Source: an uncultured Gemmatimonadota bacterium
GTDB lineage: Bacteria; Gemmatimonadota; Gemmatimonadetes; Palauibacterales; Palauibacteraceae
Direction of reading: 5' to 3'
NCBI GenBank assembly: GCA_964465015.1
Contig: CAYXHP010000022.1
Location: 1,704 to 65,703 of the forward strand
Length of the DNA stretch: 64,000 bases
The notes beneath the pieces were generated by a model, which worked only from the letters and a program-made list of their open reading frames with translations, had not been told where the DNA came from and did not search any database. Below are positions 9,062 through 17,891 of this stretch, piece after piece. The translations under genes were made by a program, and so were the position numbers. Every line of letters starts with the position of its first letter. The first letter of the stretch is position 1.

Positions 9062-10267
9062 GTGACGCAGGATCGATCGGAGAGACGCGCCGGCCAGACG
9101 CGCAGGAGCCGGCGTCGTGCGCCGAAGCCGCTGACGTTGCTGGCCGTCGTGCTGGGCCTCTCCATTGGAGGGGAAGTCCTGCTGCGGCTCGAACCGCAGC
9201 TCTGTCCCCGTCAGGAGCAGTTGAAGATAGCCGAGACGACCGGGGGCTTCGACGACTTCGTCGACGATCCCTTGCTCGGAGCGCGTGCGCGCGGTGACGT
9301 GGACCAGGTGGAGCACACGCTCGACTACAGCTATCGCGTACGGCTCGATTCACTGGGATTCGCGAATGCCGAGCCGTGGCCCGATTCCGTGGAGGTGGCG
9401 GTCCTCGGCAACTCCCTCCTGTTCGGCCCGGGTGTGGGCCTGGAGGGCCAGTTCACGACTCTCATGGAGCGACAACTCGGTCCGGGGAGCGTTCTCAACC
9501 TGGGCCTGCCGGGCGGCTCGCCCATTCAGGAGCTACGGATCTACTCGAAGTACGCGGCGCCCCGACATCCACGAATCGTCATTGCCACCCTGTGGGTGGC
9601 CAGCGACGTCGACAATGCCGTCCAGTTCAGCCACTGGTTGTCGGAAGGCTCCCCGCCGGGCTTCACGGCCTACAGGATGGACTACCCCACCACCCATGGG
9701 AGCTTCACGTTTCTCCTTAGAGTGCGCGACTTGCTCAGCCGGTCCTATCTTCTCCGGGCCGCCTACTACTACGCCCGTTCGCTGGTCCGACCGGACAGCC
9801 TCACGGGCCGCGTGAGGTTCGAGAACGGTCAGGAGGTCTGGCTGTCCGTCCGGGAGGAGAGGCGGCTCGCCCGGGGGGCTCAGCGGCCGGGGCTGGACGT
9901 CGCGGACTTCATCGCACCTCTGCTCGAGCTACGTGCCCGGGCCGACTCGGCCGGTACCCGATTCGTGGTGGCCCTGCTGCCGAGCAAAGAGGAAGTCTAT
10001 GGCGCGTCGACGGATCCGGACGTCCTGAATACCGTGCGGGAGGTGCGAACGGCTCTCGACGCCGCCGACCTGCCCGTGGTGGACGTGTACCCGCCCTTCC
10101 GTTCCGAGGGCTTGGGCCGGCCGCTCTTCTACCGTCGAGACATCCACTTCAATCAGGACGGCAACGCCCTGGTTGCGCGAACCCTGCTCCGTTGGATCGC
10201 TCGACACGCTCCGTTGGAGACTCCCCGGGATACGAGGACCGCGCGGGAGGCGGGCGCGCCGCGATGA
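9062..10267 (+). CDS. Membrane-anchored SGNH/GDSL-hydrolase-like protein (paralog 1 of 4); a possible polysaccharide O-acyl esterase or transferase.
   Basis: GTG 9062 after a GGGGGG stretch. N-terminal TM (LTLLAVVLGLSIGG). Block I-like VAVLGNSLLFG and a DxxH block DIHFNQDGNALVA. Clearly paralogous to 22622..23911 and more distantly to 30998..32131(-) and 32340..33869(-). Confidence 0.7.
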   Translation: MTQDRSERRAGQTRRSRRRAPKPLTLLAVVLGLSIGGEVLLRLEPQLCPRQEQLKIAETTGGFDDFVDDPLLGARARGDVDQVEHTLDYSYRVRLDSLGFANAEPWPDSVEVAVLGNSLLFGPGVGLEGQFTTLMERQLGPGSVLNLGLPGGSPIQELRIYSKYAAPRHPRIVIATLWVASDVDNAVQFSHWLSEGSPPGFTAYRMDYPTTHGSFTFLLRVRDLLSRSYLLRAAYYYARSLVRPDSLTGRVRFENGQEVWLSVREERRLARGAQRPGLDVADFIAPLLELRARADSAGTRFVVALLPSKEEVYGASTDPDVLNTVREVRTALDAADLPVVDVYPPFRSEGLGRPLFYRRDIHFNQDGNALVARTLLRWIARHAPLETPRDTRTAREAGAPR

Positions 10268-10466
10268 TGGCGCTCCGGGCTCGGTCCGCCACAGGAGTGT
10301 TGCAGTCCGGCCACAACTGGAGAAGGGTACTCTCGCCGTCGCGGTCCCGTTCACACGGTGGGCGGCGCTCGGATGCGCGGGCGGGACGAGGGTATATCCC
10401 CCTGAACGCCAGTGAGTAAGAACCACGCTCGCCGCGCGTGCCGATCTTTACGCGGCCCCCCGTTCA

Positions 10467-10483
10467 ATGGTATGCTTTCTGCT
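10467..10483 (+). promoter_or_regulatory. Weak candidate sigma-54-type promoter (TGGTAT-N5-CTGC) in the AT-richer gap upstream of the GT2 gene.
   Basis: aTGGTATgctttCTGCt with GG-N10-GC spacing, inside the 380-bp lower-GC gap 10268..10649. Deviates from consensus at -24 (TAT instead of CAC). Confidence 0.25.
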
Positions 10484-10649
10484 CCGTTCAGCCGTCCGAG
10501 CCCGGCGGTAGGTCCGTTCGCCGGTACCGCGCACCGACCGTTCTCCGGGAGCCTTCGCATTGCCGCCAAGGACCAAACCCGCAGGTAACCGGGTCGACGT
10601 GCCAGGCGTGTCCCATCCTGCACAGAGCGTGGATGCTTTCCATGGTGGC

Positions 10650-11747
10650 ATGCCACGGACGGGGCGCGGACTCCGACCGTCCGTCTGCATGATCAACTTC
10701 AACGGCGCGGAATACCTGCGGGCATCGCTCGATGCACTGATGGGCATCGAGGCCTTCGTGGCCGAGATCCTCCTGGTCGACAACGCGTCGACCGATGGCA
10801 GTCGCGAGCTCGTGGAGACGCACTATCCGTCCGTGCGGGTCGTGGCGCTCGACGAGAACCGGGGAGCCGCCGCCGCTCGCAACGTCGCGCTGAGTGCTGC
10901 TCGAAGCGACGTGGTGTTGCTCCTGGATAACGATGTGACGCTGGCGGAGGCCGCGTTGGGCCGGCTGCTGGAGGCGCTGGGCGAGGACCCGTCCGTGGTG
11001 GCCGCGATGCCGGCCATCGTCTACGCCGGCGACCGTGAGACGGTTCAGTACGATGGAGCCGATGCCCACTTCCTGGGACAGCAGCTGCTCCACGACGAGG
11101 GCGTCCCCTACGAGACGCTGCCGATGGGCCAGCGCGACCTGGGCTCCGTCGTGAGCGCCTGCCTGGTGGTGCACCGCGGTCGCCTGCAGGAGAGAGCCGG
11201 CGGGGCGGAAGCCCTGGCGACCTTCGACGAAGACTTCTTCATCTACTTCGAGGATCACGATTTCGGCTATCGGATGAGAGCGCTCGGACTCCGGGTCGTG
11301 GCCGTGCCCCTGGCGCGCTGCTTCCACGAAGCGGGGACCCCCGGACTCTCCATCCGGGTCCTCGGATCGTACTCCGCTCTCCGGGTCTTCTGCCACATCA
11401 GGAACCGCTGGCTGTTCATCGCCAAGAACTATTCGCTTCGGACGCTGGCCGTGCTGGCGCCCATGCTGGTCGGCTACGAGGTCCTGCAGTTCGCCGCCTC
11501 GGCCAGGAAGGGGTGGCTCGCCCACTGGGCGCGCGCGGCAGGGTGGATGATTCGTCACCCGCGGCGGCTGGCCGCGAAGAGGAGACAGGTGCAACGGGCG
11601 CGCAGGGTGTCCGATGGTGAGCTGCTGAAGGGCGGCGCGGTACCGCTGAGGCGGGAGGCCATCGACACTCCGCTCGAGAGGGCCGCGAAGCGGCTCCTGG
11701 ATGTCGTGGCGGGGGGATACTGGCGACTGACGCGGGGGCTGCTCTGA
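10650..11747 (+). CDS. Family 2 glycosyltransferase.
   Basis: GT2 N-terminus PSVCMINFNGAEYL. DxD-like LLDNDV. ATG 10650 chosen because the upstream in-frame TTG 10560 region has low GC3 (non-coding character). Confidence 0.8.
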   Translation: MPRTGRGLRPSVCMINFNGAEYLRASLDALMGIEAFVAEILLVDNASTDGSRELVETHYPSVRVVALDENRGAAAARNVALSAARSDVVLLLDNDVTLAEAALGRLLEALGEDPSVVAAMPAIVYAGDRETVQYDGADAHFLGQQLLHDEGVPYETLPMGQRDLGSVVSACLVVHRGRLQERAGGAEALATFDEDFFIYFEDHDFGYRMRALGLRVVAVPLARCFHEAGTPGLSIRVLGSYSALRVFCHIRNRWLFIAKNYSLRTLAVLAPMLVGYEVLQFAASARKGWLAHWARAAGWMIRHPRRLAAKRRQVQRARRVSDGELLKGGAVPLRREAIDTPLERAAKRLLDVVAGGYWRLTRGLL

Positions 11748-11791
11748 GCAGCGGTCGAGGCAGGCGGGCGGGAGGGGCCGCCGGGTCGGAC

Positions 11792-13081
11792 GTGGCCGGT
11801 ACCGACCGTGCGGCGCCGACGGCCCGACGTCGTCTACGGATTGCGATCGTAGCCGCATGCCCCTTTCCGGAGCGGAGGGGAACTCCGGTCCGTATCGAGC
11901 GCATGGCCGAGTCCCTGTCGCGTCGGGGGCACGAGATCCACGTGGTCACGTACCCGTACGGCTCCGGAGAGGTGGCACCGGAGATCCTGGTCCACCGAGC
12001 GTCGCGGACCGGAACGCGATACAGGGCATTGCCGGGCCCTTCGCTGGACAAGCTCACGCTGCTCGACCCGCGGCTCGTGCGTGTCCTGCGGCGGCTTCTC
12101 CACAGCACGCCGATCGACGTCGTGTACGCGCACCACTACGAGGGGCTCCTGGTCGGGGCGGTCGCTCGAGCCGGGGTGGATGTGCCGCTCGTCTACGATG
12201 CGCACACGCTCTTGGCTTTCGAGCTGCCGGAGTACGGTCCGCGACTGCCGGTGCGGCTCAAGGGCGGGGTGGGTCGGGCGCTCGATCGTTGGCTACCGAC
12301 GCGGGCCGACCACGTCATCTCGGTCAGCTCGACGATCCGCGACTGGCTGCTCGAGTCGACGCGACTCGGTCCCGAAGACGTTACGGTCATCTCGAACGGG
12401 GTCTCCGCCGGGCTGTTCCCGGTCCCCGGACCGGACGATGTGCTGGGGGGCGGACGCATCGTGGTCTTCACGGGCAATCTCGCGGCCTACCAGGGCATCG
12501 AGCGTCTCCTGCGGGCCTTCCGGATCGTGGTCGACCAACGCCCCGACGCGCGGCTCCGGATCGTGACCGAGAGCTCCTTCACGGCCTACGAGGACCTCGC
12601 ACGGTCTCTCGGGATCCGCAGCTCGATCGACGTGGTCACGAGCGGCTTCGACGGAGTGCCGGCGCTGCTGGCGTCCGCCGACGTGGCCGTGAATCCGAGG
12701 CTCAACTGCACTGGAATCCCGCTGAAGCTCCTCAACTACATGGCGGCGTCGAAGCCCGTGGTCTCCTTCCGTAGCTCGGCCCCCGGTGTCGAACACGGTC
12801 GAACCGGCTGGCTGGCCGAGGACGGCGATGTCGAGGGGTTCGCCCACGGCATCCTGACGCTCCTGGGCGACCGAGCGAGGGCACGTTCGATGGGAGCGGC
12901 GGCTCGCTCGTTCGTCGAGGCCGAGCACACCTGGTCGAGGATGGCCGAGGCCGCGGAGGAGGTCTTCCTCTCGCTTCTCGATCCTTCGGTCGCCGACGTG
13001 CCCGCCGATGGTCTCTCGGCGTTGGAGATCGGCCGCTCGAGCGACGACATCTCCTCTCCCACCATGCGGAGCGGGACGTGA
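11792..13081 (+). CDS. Family 4 glycosyltransferase (GT-B, Glycos_transf_1).
   Basis: GTG 11792 with RBS GGGAGGGG about 18 nt upstream. N-terminal RIAIVAACPFPERRG and a C-terminal GT4 fold. Its stop overlaps the next GT4 start. Confidence 0.75.
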   Translation: MAGTDRAAPTARRRLRIAIVAACPFPERRGTPVRIERMAESLSRRGHEIHVVTYPYGSGEVAPEILVHRASRTGTRYRALPGPSLDKLTLLDPRLVRVLRRLLHSTPIDVVYAHHYEGLLVGAVARAGVDVPLVYDAHTLLAFELPEYGPRLPVRLKGGVGRALDRWLPTRADHVISVSSTIRDWLLESTRLGPEDVTVISNGVSAGLFPVPGPDDVLGGGRIVVFTGNLAAYQGIERLLRAFRIVVDQRPDARLRIVTESSFTAYEDLARSLGIRSSIDVVTSGFDGVPALLASADVAVNPRLNCTGIPLKLLNYMAASKPVVSFRSSAPGVEHGRTGWLAEDGDVEGFAHGILTLLGDRARARSMGAAARSFVEAEHTWSRMAEAAEEVFLSLLDPSVADVPADGLSALEIGRSSDDISSPTMRSGT

Positions 13082-14337
13082 AGGACCGGAGGCGTCCCTC
13101 GCTCCTGTACGTGGTGCCGGGCCACGTCTTCATGCCGTCGGCCGGACCCACGCGAAACGTGCTGAACCAGGCGCGGGCCATGGCCGCCTGGGCCGACGTG
13201 GCCGTCGCCTTCCGCAGCCTCACCGCGACTCCCGGGCCTACGGATCCGCGCATCGTGGCGATCGACCCTGGATCGGGGTCGACGGGAACGGACGACGCGG
13301 CGACCCGCGGCATGGGCTACCTGGAGTTCGCGGCCTATCTTCGACGCATCCGGCGATTCATGTTCGAGAGACTCGACACGCTGGATGTCGTTCTCGAGAA
13401 GGACTGGATGCTGACCGGCTACGTCGCACGATGGTGTCGGCGCAGGCGCGTGCCGTGCCTGCCGGTCAAGAACTGGGTCGCGGGCGGCGGCCCCTCTTCG
13501 CAGCAGGGTCTCGCCAAACGACTGCGGGCCGCCGTGGCATCGGAGCTCGAGGGCCGGCTCCTTCGGCGCGCCCCCGCGATCGTGGTCGAGACGGAGTTTC
13601 TCAAGTCGGCCGCGGTGTCGCGCTGGAACCTGGAGCCCGGGCGCATCGACGTGATAGGCCTGGGTGTCGACCGTGAGCTGTTCCGGCCGATGGACCGGAC
13701 TCGAGCGCGCGCCGACCTCGAGTTGCCCGCCAGCGGACGAATGCTCCTCTATGCCGGAATTCTCGATCGGACGCACGACCTGAGGCCACTCCTGGAGGCG
13801 CTCTGTCGGGTTCAGGACCGGGAGTTGTGCCTCCACGTGGTCGGAGATGGACCGTGTAGGCAGGAATACGAGGAGCTCGCCTCCGCGGCTCCCGGAGCGG
13901 TCCACTTCCACGGACGCGTCCCGCACGGGGACGTGCCCTTGTACGTGGCCGCATCGGATCTGTGCGTGGCGCCCTACGATACGCGAGCCTTCCCGGGAGG
14001 TGAGGTCGGCTATTCCACGCTGAAGGTCCGGGAGTACCTGAGCGCCGGGCGCCCCGTAGCGACGACGGGGAGCGGGTCCCTCCGCGACCTGGTGCGCGAG
14101 GACGTGACGGGCTTCCTCCTGGACAACGAGCCGGATCGCTGGTACGAGCTGCTCGCGTCGCGACGCACATGGGACCGACTGGCCTCCATGGCGGAGGCGG
14201 CGTCGGCGACCGATCTCCCGAGCTGGGACGATGTCGCACGCCGGTTCCAGCACGTGTGCATGCGGGAGATCTCGTCCTTCGGTGGCCGGTGTTCGTCTCC
14301 CGCCGAAGTGCTCCCCTGCGAGGCCCCGGGAGGCTGA
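13078..14337 (+). CDS. Family 4 glycosyltransferase.
   Basis: GTG 13078 overlaps the upstream stop (GTGA). The whole 419-aa ORF has high GC3. GT4-like C-terminal half (LLYAGILDRTHDLRPLLEAL ... GEVGYSTLKVREYLSAGRPVATT). Confidence 0.75.
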   Translation: MKDRRRPSLLYVVPGHVFMPSAGPTRNVLNQARAMAAWADVAVAFRSLTATPGPTDPRIVAIDPGSGSTGTDDAATRGMGYLEFAAYLRRIRRFMFERLDTLDVVLEKDWMLTGYVARWCRRRRVPCLPVKNWVAGGGPSSQQGLAKRLRAAVASELEGRLLRRAPAIVVETEFLKSAAVSRWNLEPGRIDVIGLGVDRELFRPMDRTRARADLELPASGRMLLYAGILDRTHDLRPLLEALCRVQDRELCLHVVGDGPCRQEYEELASAAPGAVHFHGRVPHGDVPLYVAASDLCVAPYDTRAFPGGEVGYSTLKVREYLSAGRPVATTGSGSLRDLVREDVTGFLLDNEPDRWYELLASRRTWDRLASMAEAASATDLPSWDDVARRFQHVCMREISSFGGRCSSPAEVLPCEAPGG

Positions 14338-14340
14338 TGG

Positions 14341-14799
14341 ATGTCGCTCTATGCCCTGGAAGTCTACGTCCACGTGGTGGCGGCCGTGGTGCTGGTCGGG
14401 TACTCCTCCTTCTGGCTGGTGATGTCCATGGCGCTGCGCCGGGAGGGCGGAGACCTGGACACCGAGGAGACGCTCGCGCTCATCGGCCGGTCGCGATGGC
14501 CGCCCTTCGTCGTCCCGGAGGGGTTGCGCGTTTCGATGGTGGTGCTCGGCTGGATCCTTATTCTGTTCATGGTCGCCAGCGGCGCGTTGCTCCTGCACGT
14601 TCGTGGAGTGGGACCGGCTCAACTGGGCTCCGGCGCCTTCTGGGCCGCCCGCTTCGGGCACGTCCTGGCCGTGAAGCTCGGGCTCCTGGGCCTGTTCGTG
14701 GTGGATCAGATCTGGCTCTCGGTTCGACCCTCTCCGCGGGGGACGCTTCTCGGAGCGGTGCTCGTCGCCCTGATCGCATGCGTATCCGTGCTCCTCTGA
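14341..14799 (+). CDS. Small integral membrane protein (~4 TM), paralog A; function unknown.
   Basis: ATG 14341 just after GGAGG. Hydrophobic profile. Paralogous to the next gene (HVLAVKLGLLGLFVVDQ versus HVLGVKLLLVLFMIGYQ). Confidence 0.65.
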   Translation: MSLYALEVYVHVVAAVVLVGYSSFWLVMSMALRREGGDLDTEETLALIGRSRWPPFVVPEGLRVSMVVLGWILILFMVASGALLLHVRGVGPAQLGSGAFWAARFGHVLAVKLGLLGLFVVDQIWLSVRPSPRGTLLGAVLVALIACVSVLL

Positions 14800-14810
14800 G
14801 AGTCTATAAC

Positions 14811-15236
14811 ATGACGATCTTTCGGCTCGTCCTCATGATTCACCTCCTGGCCGCCTTCATCTGGCTCGGCCACATGTTCTTCTGGTCGCTGTTCTCGGGC
14901 CCGGTGCTCAAGAAGATCGGACCTCCGCCCAAAGGCGAGCGGCTGCGGGAGTTGAGCCTGAGCATGGGAGGGCTGGGGTGGCCGGCTCTCGGTGTGCTCG
15001 TCGTCACCGGCAGCTATCTACTGTCCGTCCGCGGCATCCACCTCGCCGACCTGGTGAGGCCGGGCTTCTGGGCCCAACCCGGAACGCACGTGTTGGGCGT
15101 CAAGCTCCTGCTCGTGCTGTTCATGATCGGCTACCAGGCCGTGATCGGGCACCGCCGCGCTCCGCGGGCCATCTATCTGGACATGGGTGCGGCCCTCCTG
15201 GTGCTGGGCGCCTCCGTCCTGCTCGCGCGAGGTTGA
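14811..15236 (+). CDS. Small integral membrane protein (~4 TM), paralog B.
   Basis: ATG 14811. Internal start of ORF 14169..15236 chosen at the first TM. Tandem paralog of 14341..14799. Confidence 0.65.
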   Translation: MTIFRLVLMIHLLAAFIWLGHMFFWSLFSGPVLKKIGPPPKGERLRELSLSMGGLGWPALGVLVVTGSYLLSVRGIHLADLVRPGFWAQPGTHVLGVKLLLVLFMIGYQAVIGHRRAPRAIYLDMGAALLVLGASVLLARG

Positions 15237-15238
15237 GC

Positions 15239-16816
15239 GTGGTCGCCGCGGGTGCTCCCAGGGTCCTGGTGCTCGGACTCGATTTGGGCGATGGTCGCCT
15301 CCTGCGAGAGTGGGCCGCGCGCGGAGATCTTCCACATCTGGCGGGCTTGCTCGACGAGGGGTCGGCCGGGGAGCTCTCCACCACGGCAGAGCTGCTGCAT
15401 GTCTCGGCGTGGCCGACGCTGTATACGGGGGCGGATCCGGGGGTGCACGGCGTCTACTACACCTTCCAGGCCAGTCCCGGGCTGCAGGGCTACCGGCGAT
15501 TCGGGGCCGACCAGTACGGCGTTCCGACGGTGTGGAGTCTGCTGGGCCGGGGCGGAGTCCGGAGCACGGTCCTGGATGCTCCCTACACGCATCCCGAAGC
15601 GGCTCCGGGCGTCGCACAGATTCTCGACTGGGGGACCTGGGCACGTTACTGGAAGCCCGACTCGGTGCCGCCATCGATGCTTCGGAGGCTGCGTCGGAAG
15701 GTCGGGGACTACCCGCTGGGCCTGGAGGCACACGACCAGGGTCTCGCCGCCCTGGATCCCGATTTGCTCCAGCCACGGTTGCTCGAGAGCGTGGGTGCCA
15801 AGACGGACGCGATCCTGTGGCTCATGGACGCCGAGCCCTGGGACCTCTTCTTCACGGTCTACGGGGAGACGCACCTGGGCGGGCACTACCTGTGGCGACC
15901 GGCCCAGGACCGCGAGAAGGACGATCGTGATCTGCGGCTCCTCGGAGAGCTCTATCGGGCGCTGGACACGGGGATCGGCAGGATTCTCGCGGCCCTCCCC
16001 GAGGAGACGACGGTCTTCCTGGTCAGCGGTGACGCCGTCGCGCCCAACCACTCCGGCTGGCACCTGCTGCCGGACGTGCTGCGGCGTCTCGGCCACCTCG
16101 CGGAGCCCCAGGAGGGCTCGGCATCGGACGAGGACGCCGCTCCGCAGGAGGAAAAGGCCGGCCGCACGAGCCTGGATCCCGTGCGCATGCTTCGGGACCT
16201 CCTGCCGAAGGACTTTCGAAAGTCGCTGGCACGCCGTCTGCCCACCCGGCTCCGGGACACGCTCGCGCGTCGCGTCGACACGGCGAACATTGACTGGAGC
16301 CGGACGAGGGCCTTCACGCTTCCCACGGACCTCGAGGGCTGCATCCGGGTGAATCTGCGGGGGCGGGAGCCTCAGGGAGTGGTGGAGCCCGGCGAATACG
16401 ATGCCCTGTGCGACGAGATCACGGAGGAGCTCCGGGAGCTGGTGAATCCCGCGACCGGGCGGCCTGCGGTCGCCGACGTGGTGCGGTCGCGAGACCGGCT
16501 GGAGGGCCCCCGGTGCGACCGGCTACCGGACCTGGTGGTCCTGTGGTCGATGGAAGCCCCGATCGAGAGCCTGCGCTCTCCCCGCATCGGTGTCGTGTCC
16601 GCTCCGTCCCCCGACGCGAGGCCGGGAACGCACGCACCGCCCGGCTTCCTCCTCGTCCGGGGCCCCGGAGTGCCGCGAGGCGGCCTTCCAGAGGGGGCCC
16701 ACGTGCGGGATCTTGCACCCACGCTCCTGTCCCTGTACGGGGTGGAGAGGCCGGACTACATGAGAGGCTCGAGCCTTCTGGATCGCGCCCTCACGCGAGC
16801 GACAGAGGAGAGGTGA
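15239..16816 (+). CDS. Alkaline-phosphatase-superfamily protein (type I phosphodiesterase / nucleotide pyrophosphatase-like), paralog 1.
   Basis: GTG 15239 three nt after the upstream stop. N-terminal PRVLVLGLDLGDG ... HVSAWPTLYTGADPGVHG and HLGGHY are AlkP-core-like metal-site blocks. About 35% identical to 17892..19502. Confidence 0.7.
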   Translation: MVAAGAPRVLVLGLDLGDGRLLREWAARGDLPHLAGLLDEGSAGELSTTAELLHVSAWPTLYTGADPGVHGVYYTFQASPGLQGYRRFGADQYGVPTVWSLLGRGGVRSTVLDAPYTHPEAAPGVAQILDWGTWARYWKPDSVPPSMLRRLRRKVGDYPLGLEAHDQGLAALDPDLLQPRLLESVGAKTDAILWLMDAEPWDLFFTVYGETHLGGHYLWRPAQDREKDDRDLRLLGELYRALDTGIGRILAALPEETTVFLVSGDAVAPNHSGWHLLPDVLRRLGHLAEPQEGSASDEDAAPQEEKAGRTSLDPVRMLRDLLPKDFRKSLARRLPTRLRDTLARRVDTANIDWSRTRAFTLPTDLEGCIRVNLRGREPQGVVEPGEYDALCDEITEELRELVNPATGRPAVADVVRSRDRLEGPRCDRLPDLVVLWSMEAPIESLRSPRIGVVSAPSPDARPGTHAPPGFLLVRGPGVPRGGLPEGAHVRDLAPTLLSLYGVERPDYMRGSSLLDRALTRATEER

Positions 16817-16817
16817 C

Positions 16818-17888
16818 GTGGCCGTTCGAATCCTGCAGGTAGGTGCCGGAATCCGCGGAAAGCACTGGGCGGGCTTCGTCGACGACCACCCGGACTTCAC
16901 GTGCGTGGGCTTCGTGGACCCGGACGCGGCGGCCCTGGAGGCTTTGCGGGAGCGGTTCCCCGCCGAGGGGAAGGTCTTCCTGCGGGACCTCGATGAGGCG
17001 CTGGCTTCCACGGAGGCGGATGCCGCGCTCATCGTATCGCCGTCGGCCCTCCACGCGGACCACAGCTGCCAGGCCCTGGAGGCCGGACTCACGGTGATGG
17101 TGGAGAAGCCGCTGGCGACCTCGATCGAGGAGGCCGAGCGCGTGCTGGCCACGGCGCGCGGCACCGGCCGCACGGTCATGGTGGCCGAGAACTACCGCTA
17201 TTGGCCCTCCGAGCGCACCGTGCGCCAGCTGGTGGCCGAGGGCAGAATCGGCCGGATCGACTCCGCGACCCTCGTCGACCGCCGACACATGCCCAGCCAC
17301 ACGGAAGGCCCCTGGCTGGCCAGGATCGAGTATCCGCAGCTCCAGGAGATCGCGGTCCACCACTTCGACAGCCTGCGCGCGTTCTTCTCACGGGCGCCGT
17401 CCAGCCTGTCGGCGCATGTGTGGAATCCGGCGTGGAGCGATTACTCGCATGGGGCCGTGAGTCAGGTGCACCTGGATCTGGAGGGTGTGCGGGTCGAGTA
17501 CCTGGGCACGCTCAGCTCGCACCGGTTCAGCTTCGACCTCCGGGTGGAGGGCGAGGGAGGATCGATCTGGACGAACCGCAAGTACGTGGCGTGGCGTCCG
17601 GCCGGGAGTCGGTTCTTCCGGCCCGTCCGCCGGGTGGACGTGCCGCCCGGCGACGAGGCGTCCTACCCGAAGGGAGGGACCACCTCGCTCCTCAACGCGC
17701 TACGGGACGCGGTGGTGGACGGGACGGAGCCCGAGACGAGCGGTAGCGACAACATCTGGAACGTGGCCATGATCGAAGCGGCCAAGCGCTCGGACCGTGA
17801 GGGTCGCACGGTGTCCATCGAAGAAGTGTGGCCCGGGGCGCCCTCGCACGTCGAGGCCGGGCGGACGCCCGCCACGCCCGGGAGCTGA
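16818..17888 (+). CDS. Gfo/Idh/MocA family NAD(P)-dependent oxidoreductase.
   Basis: Rossmann N-terminus MAVRILQVGAGIRG ... EKPLA consensus. RBS GAGGAGAGG precedes GTG 16818. Confidence 0.8.
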   Translation: MAVRILQVGAGIRGKHWAGFVDDHPDFTCVGFVDPDAAALEALRERFPAEGKVFLRDLDEALASTEADAALIVSPSALHADHSCQALEAGLTVMVEKPLATSIEEAERVLATARGTGRTVMVAENYRYWPSERTVRQLVAEGRIGRIDSATLVDRRHMPSHTEGPWLARIEYPQLQEIAVHHFDSLRAFFSRAPSSLSAHVWNPAWSDYSHGAVSQVHLDLEGVRVEYLGTLSSHRFSFDLRVEGEGGSIWTNRKYVAWRPAGSRFFRPVRRVDVPPGDEASYPKGGTTSLLNALRDAVVDGTEPETSGSDNIWNVAMIEAAKRSDREGRTVSIEEVWPGAPSHVEAGRTPATPGS

Positions 17889-17891
17889 GCT

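Noticed and set aside
10560-10649. Upstream TTG start for the GT2 gene (MPPRTKP ...).
   Set aside because: This stretch has low GC3 (about 60%) like the intergenic sequence, and uses a TTG start. ATG 10650 gives a canonical GT2 N-terminus.
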